Origin: Vulcanimicrobiota bacterium
GTDB taxonomy: Bacteria > Vulcanimicrobiota > Vulcanimicrobiia > Eremiobacterales > Eremiobacteraceae
Length of the DNA stretch: 64,000 nt
Reading direction: 5' to 3'
Assembly: GCA_963812135.1 (NCBI GenBank)
Contig: CAWETU010000001.1
Location: 480,001 to 544,000, forward strand
Every line of letters starts with the position of its first letter. Within the stretch, counting starts at the first letter, position 1. A model generated the notes under the pieces. It worked only from the letters and a program-made list of their open reading frames with translations. It had not been told where the DNA came from and searched no databases. Position numbers and translations under genes: made by a program. Below are positions 62,191 through 64,000 of this stretch, one piece after another.

Positions 62191-62219
62191 ATTATACCAA
62201 GGCGGAAAGGGACGGTCAA
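62191..62219 (-). promoter_or_regulatory. Promoter of the infC operon
   Basis: TTGACC-17 nt-TATAAT with extended TG. Confidence 0.85.
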
Positions 62220-62341
62220 GGGCGCTCCTGCTGCCTCCGACACGCGAAAACGCCTGTCTGCGGGGCGTGGTAGCGGGTGCAACGAAACGCCTGCGTCTCA
62301 CGTTTCCGCTTGGAGTGACATCGTCACGTAAGGAGCCGTTC

Positions 62342-62848
62342 ATGACAGCCCTTCGCATCGTCGTACTGGCCCTGCTCTGCGCGGTGCTCGTCCCTGCCAC
62401 ATCGCCGGCCGCGCCGATTCCCGGCGGCGCCAATCAGGTCAACGCGATCTCAGGCAAGCTGGGCGACACGTTGTGGAACGGCGTGCTGCGCTTCAAAGTC
62501 GTGGAAGTACGCGACGCGACGCCGGCCGATCATCCCGAATCCATCGTGCCCTTGCCGAACCAAAAAGTGCTCGTCGTGACCGCGATTCTGCGCAATGGCA
62601 CGAACAGCGACTGGGGCGAACTCGTCAGCTACACGCTGGCCGATCAGAACGACGTCGTGTTCGAAATACCTGGGCACCTATTCACGCCGGTCGCGCTCCA
62701 CATCGCACCGGCTGCGGCCGTCCGCCAAACGGCGTTGGTGCCGATCGACAAGACCTTCGTGCCGGTGAAACTGATCTTCTCATGCGGTTCGTGCGCGAAG
62801 GGCAGCTTCAAGCCGTTTCGCGTGACGTTGACGCCGCCCGCGCAGTAG
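62342..62848 (+). CDS. Secreted hypothetical protein
   Basis: AAGGAG then ATG; signal peptide; beta-rich; C-terminal CGSC. Confidence 0.7.
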   Translation: MTALRIVVLALLCAVLVPATSPAAPIPGGANQVNAISGKLGDTLWNGVLRFKVVEVRDATPADHPESIVPLPNQKVLVVTAILRNGTNSDWGELVSYTLADQNDVVFEIPGHLFTPVALHIAPAAAVRQTALVPIDKTFVPVKLIFSCGSCAKGSFKPFRVTLTPPAQ

Positions 62849-62851
62849 ACG

Positions 62852-63907
62852 ATGGGCGCCAACGTATTGGGGCTCGCGTTATTCGTCGTCTTGCTCGGCG
62901 CTTCAGGTCCCGCGTCGCTTGCTGTAAGCCATATGCCGACGACGAGCAATGCAGCGATCATCGCTCGGTTGAAAGCTGCCGGCTTTAATCCGAACGATCC
63001 AGCGCTCTCGGCCAAACTCGCCGACTTCGCAGCCAAGCAGCTGCGTGTTGAGCGCCTGCATTTCAGTGAAGTGCGTTTGCATGTCGCGAAAGCGACCCTT
63101 CCGATCGAGGAGATGGCGGCTCACCTTCCCCCGGGCGGCGCGACGAAACCGCATCTGCCGCCCCCGCAACCCGCGCCGGTCCTGACCAGCGCGACTACCT
63201 TTGATTTCGGCGACGACCTCTGGGTACACGGGCAGAACCTTCGCTCAACGGACCAGTCAGCGACGACCTATACGATCGATTTGGGAGCGTGCGGTAAGTA
63301 CTCGGGTTCGACATCCTGGTCTCTGGCAGACAAGAACGGCACTACAACCCGGGTGGAGTGGTGGACGCCAGTGAGTCACGCAAACTATCCGGCCACGATC
63401 CAAGTGGCAGTGCAGGGTCAGACCTCCAATACACTCTCGTTCAAGTACCTAGAACCTTCCAAAACGGAGTTGGCGGAGACCTCGGTCGCTCCCAATGCCC
63501 CACATCTGACAGGCGATGCAGGGCTCGGGCTCGCCGAAGGGACCAACGTCGTCTACTCGACCAGCGCGGATCGCGTCTCGATCGACCCCTTCGCCACCCA
63601 AGGTGGATCCGGGGAAGACATTCTTGGGCGCGGCGTTTCCCTGGTGAATGGCGCGACCGCGACCGCGTCGATCATCTCTGCGCAGTCGTACATGGATGCT
63701 GTCGGCTACAATCAGCCGACTGATTCGCATCGCGGCGCGTCGATCACCGTCCAGCCGGCGAACGGCCGGCTCGAAACGCGCGTCGCATGGTTTTACAATC
63801 CCGGCGAGTCGATCTCGTACACGATAGGATGGGTGGTCAGCTACCCGCGCGGCATGCGGCCGGTGAACAGCATTCTAAAGACGAGCAGCTGCACCGACGA
63901 GCAGTAG
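62852..63907 (+). CDS. Secreted hypothetical beta-rich protein
   Basis: Signal peptide, Pro linker, Ser/Thr/Gly-rich beta domains. Confidence 0.6.
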   Translation: MGANVLGLALFVVLLGASGPASLAVSHMPTTSNAAIIARLKAAGFNPNDPALSAKLADFAAKQLRVERLHFSEVRLHVAKATLPIEEMAAHLPPGGATKPHLPPPQPAPVLTSATTFDFGDDLWVHGQNLRSTDQSATTYTIDLGACGKYSGSTSWSLADKNGTTTRVEWWTPVSHANYPATIQVAVQGQTSNTLSFKYLEPSKTELAETSVAPNAPHLTGDAGLGLAEGTNVVYSTSADRVSIDPFATQGGSGEDILGRGVSLVNGATATASIISAQSYMDAVGYNQPTDSHRGASITVQPANGRLETRVAWFYNPGESISYTIGWVVSYPRGMRPVNSILKTSSCTDEQ

Positions 63908-63910
63908 CCG

Positions 63911-64000
63911 TTAGCGCTCGCCGCCCTTAGGGCCCCAGAAGATCACCCACGTCGCGAAGTCATCGCTGAACTCTTCGAAGCGATGTTCCACGCCCGCCGG
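63911..64000 (-). CDS. Cupin domain protein, C-terminal fragment
   Basis: PAGVEHRFEEFSDDFATWVIFWGPKGGER*. Confidence 0.75.
   Translation of the reverse strand, partial: PAGVEHRFEEFSDDFATWVIFWGPKGGER

Overview
GC-rich bacterial core-genome window. Gene content suggests a diderm Terrabacteria member, possibly Eremiobacterota/WPS-2-like; this is inference only. In order: a dcw cluster (5'-truncated murF fused in frame to a CofE/F420-ligase-like domain, mraY, murD, ftsW, murG, then an S9 peptidase and an antisense beta-propeller gene, then murC, murB, ddl, with no ftsQAZ); an ArsR/SRPBCC pair; a Na+/H+ antiporter; a frameshifted alr; CIRCE-regulated groESL; several oxidoreductases; a creatininase plus peptide-binding lipoprotein; a YtrA-type ABC operon with three paralogous membrane subunits and two unannotated micro-ORFs; a polyphosphate module (ppk1, CYTH-CHAD, NUDIX-phosphatase); hsp20-lon; a selD-led pentose-phosphate operon; and L20 leader-infC-rpmI-rplT-trmH-yqzL-like-pheST-cvpA. 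No rRNA, tRNA, CRISPR, transposase or prophage was seen. Top leads: (1) the MurF::CofE-like fusion, a candidate peptidoglycan stem-peptide modifying ligase; (2) GT[A/G]G-type REP-like palindromes, one of which sits exactly at the alr frameshift; (3) small ORFs missed by the ORF track (a 40-aa ytr-operon leader, a 29-aa trailer, a 32-aa YqzL-like gene before pheS, and an infC uORF). Family calls come from motif recognition by eye, not database searches.
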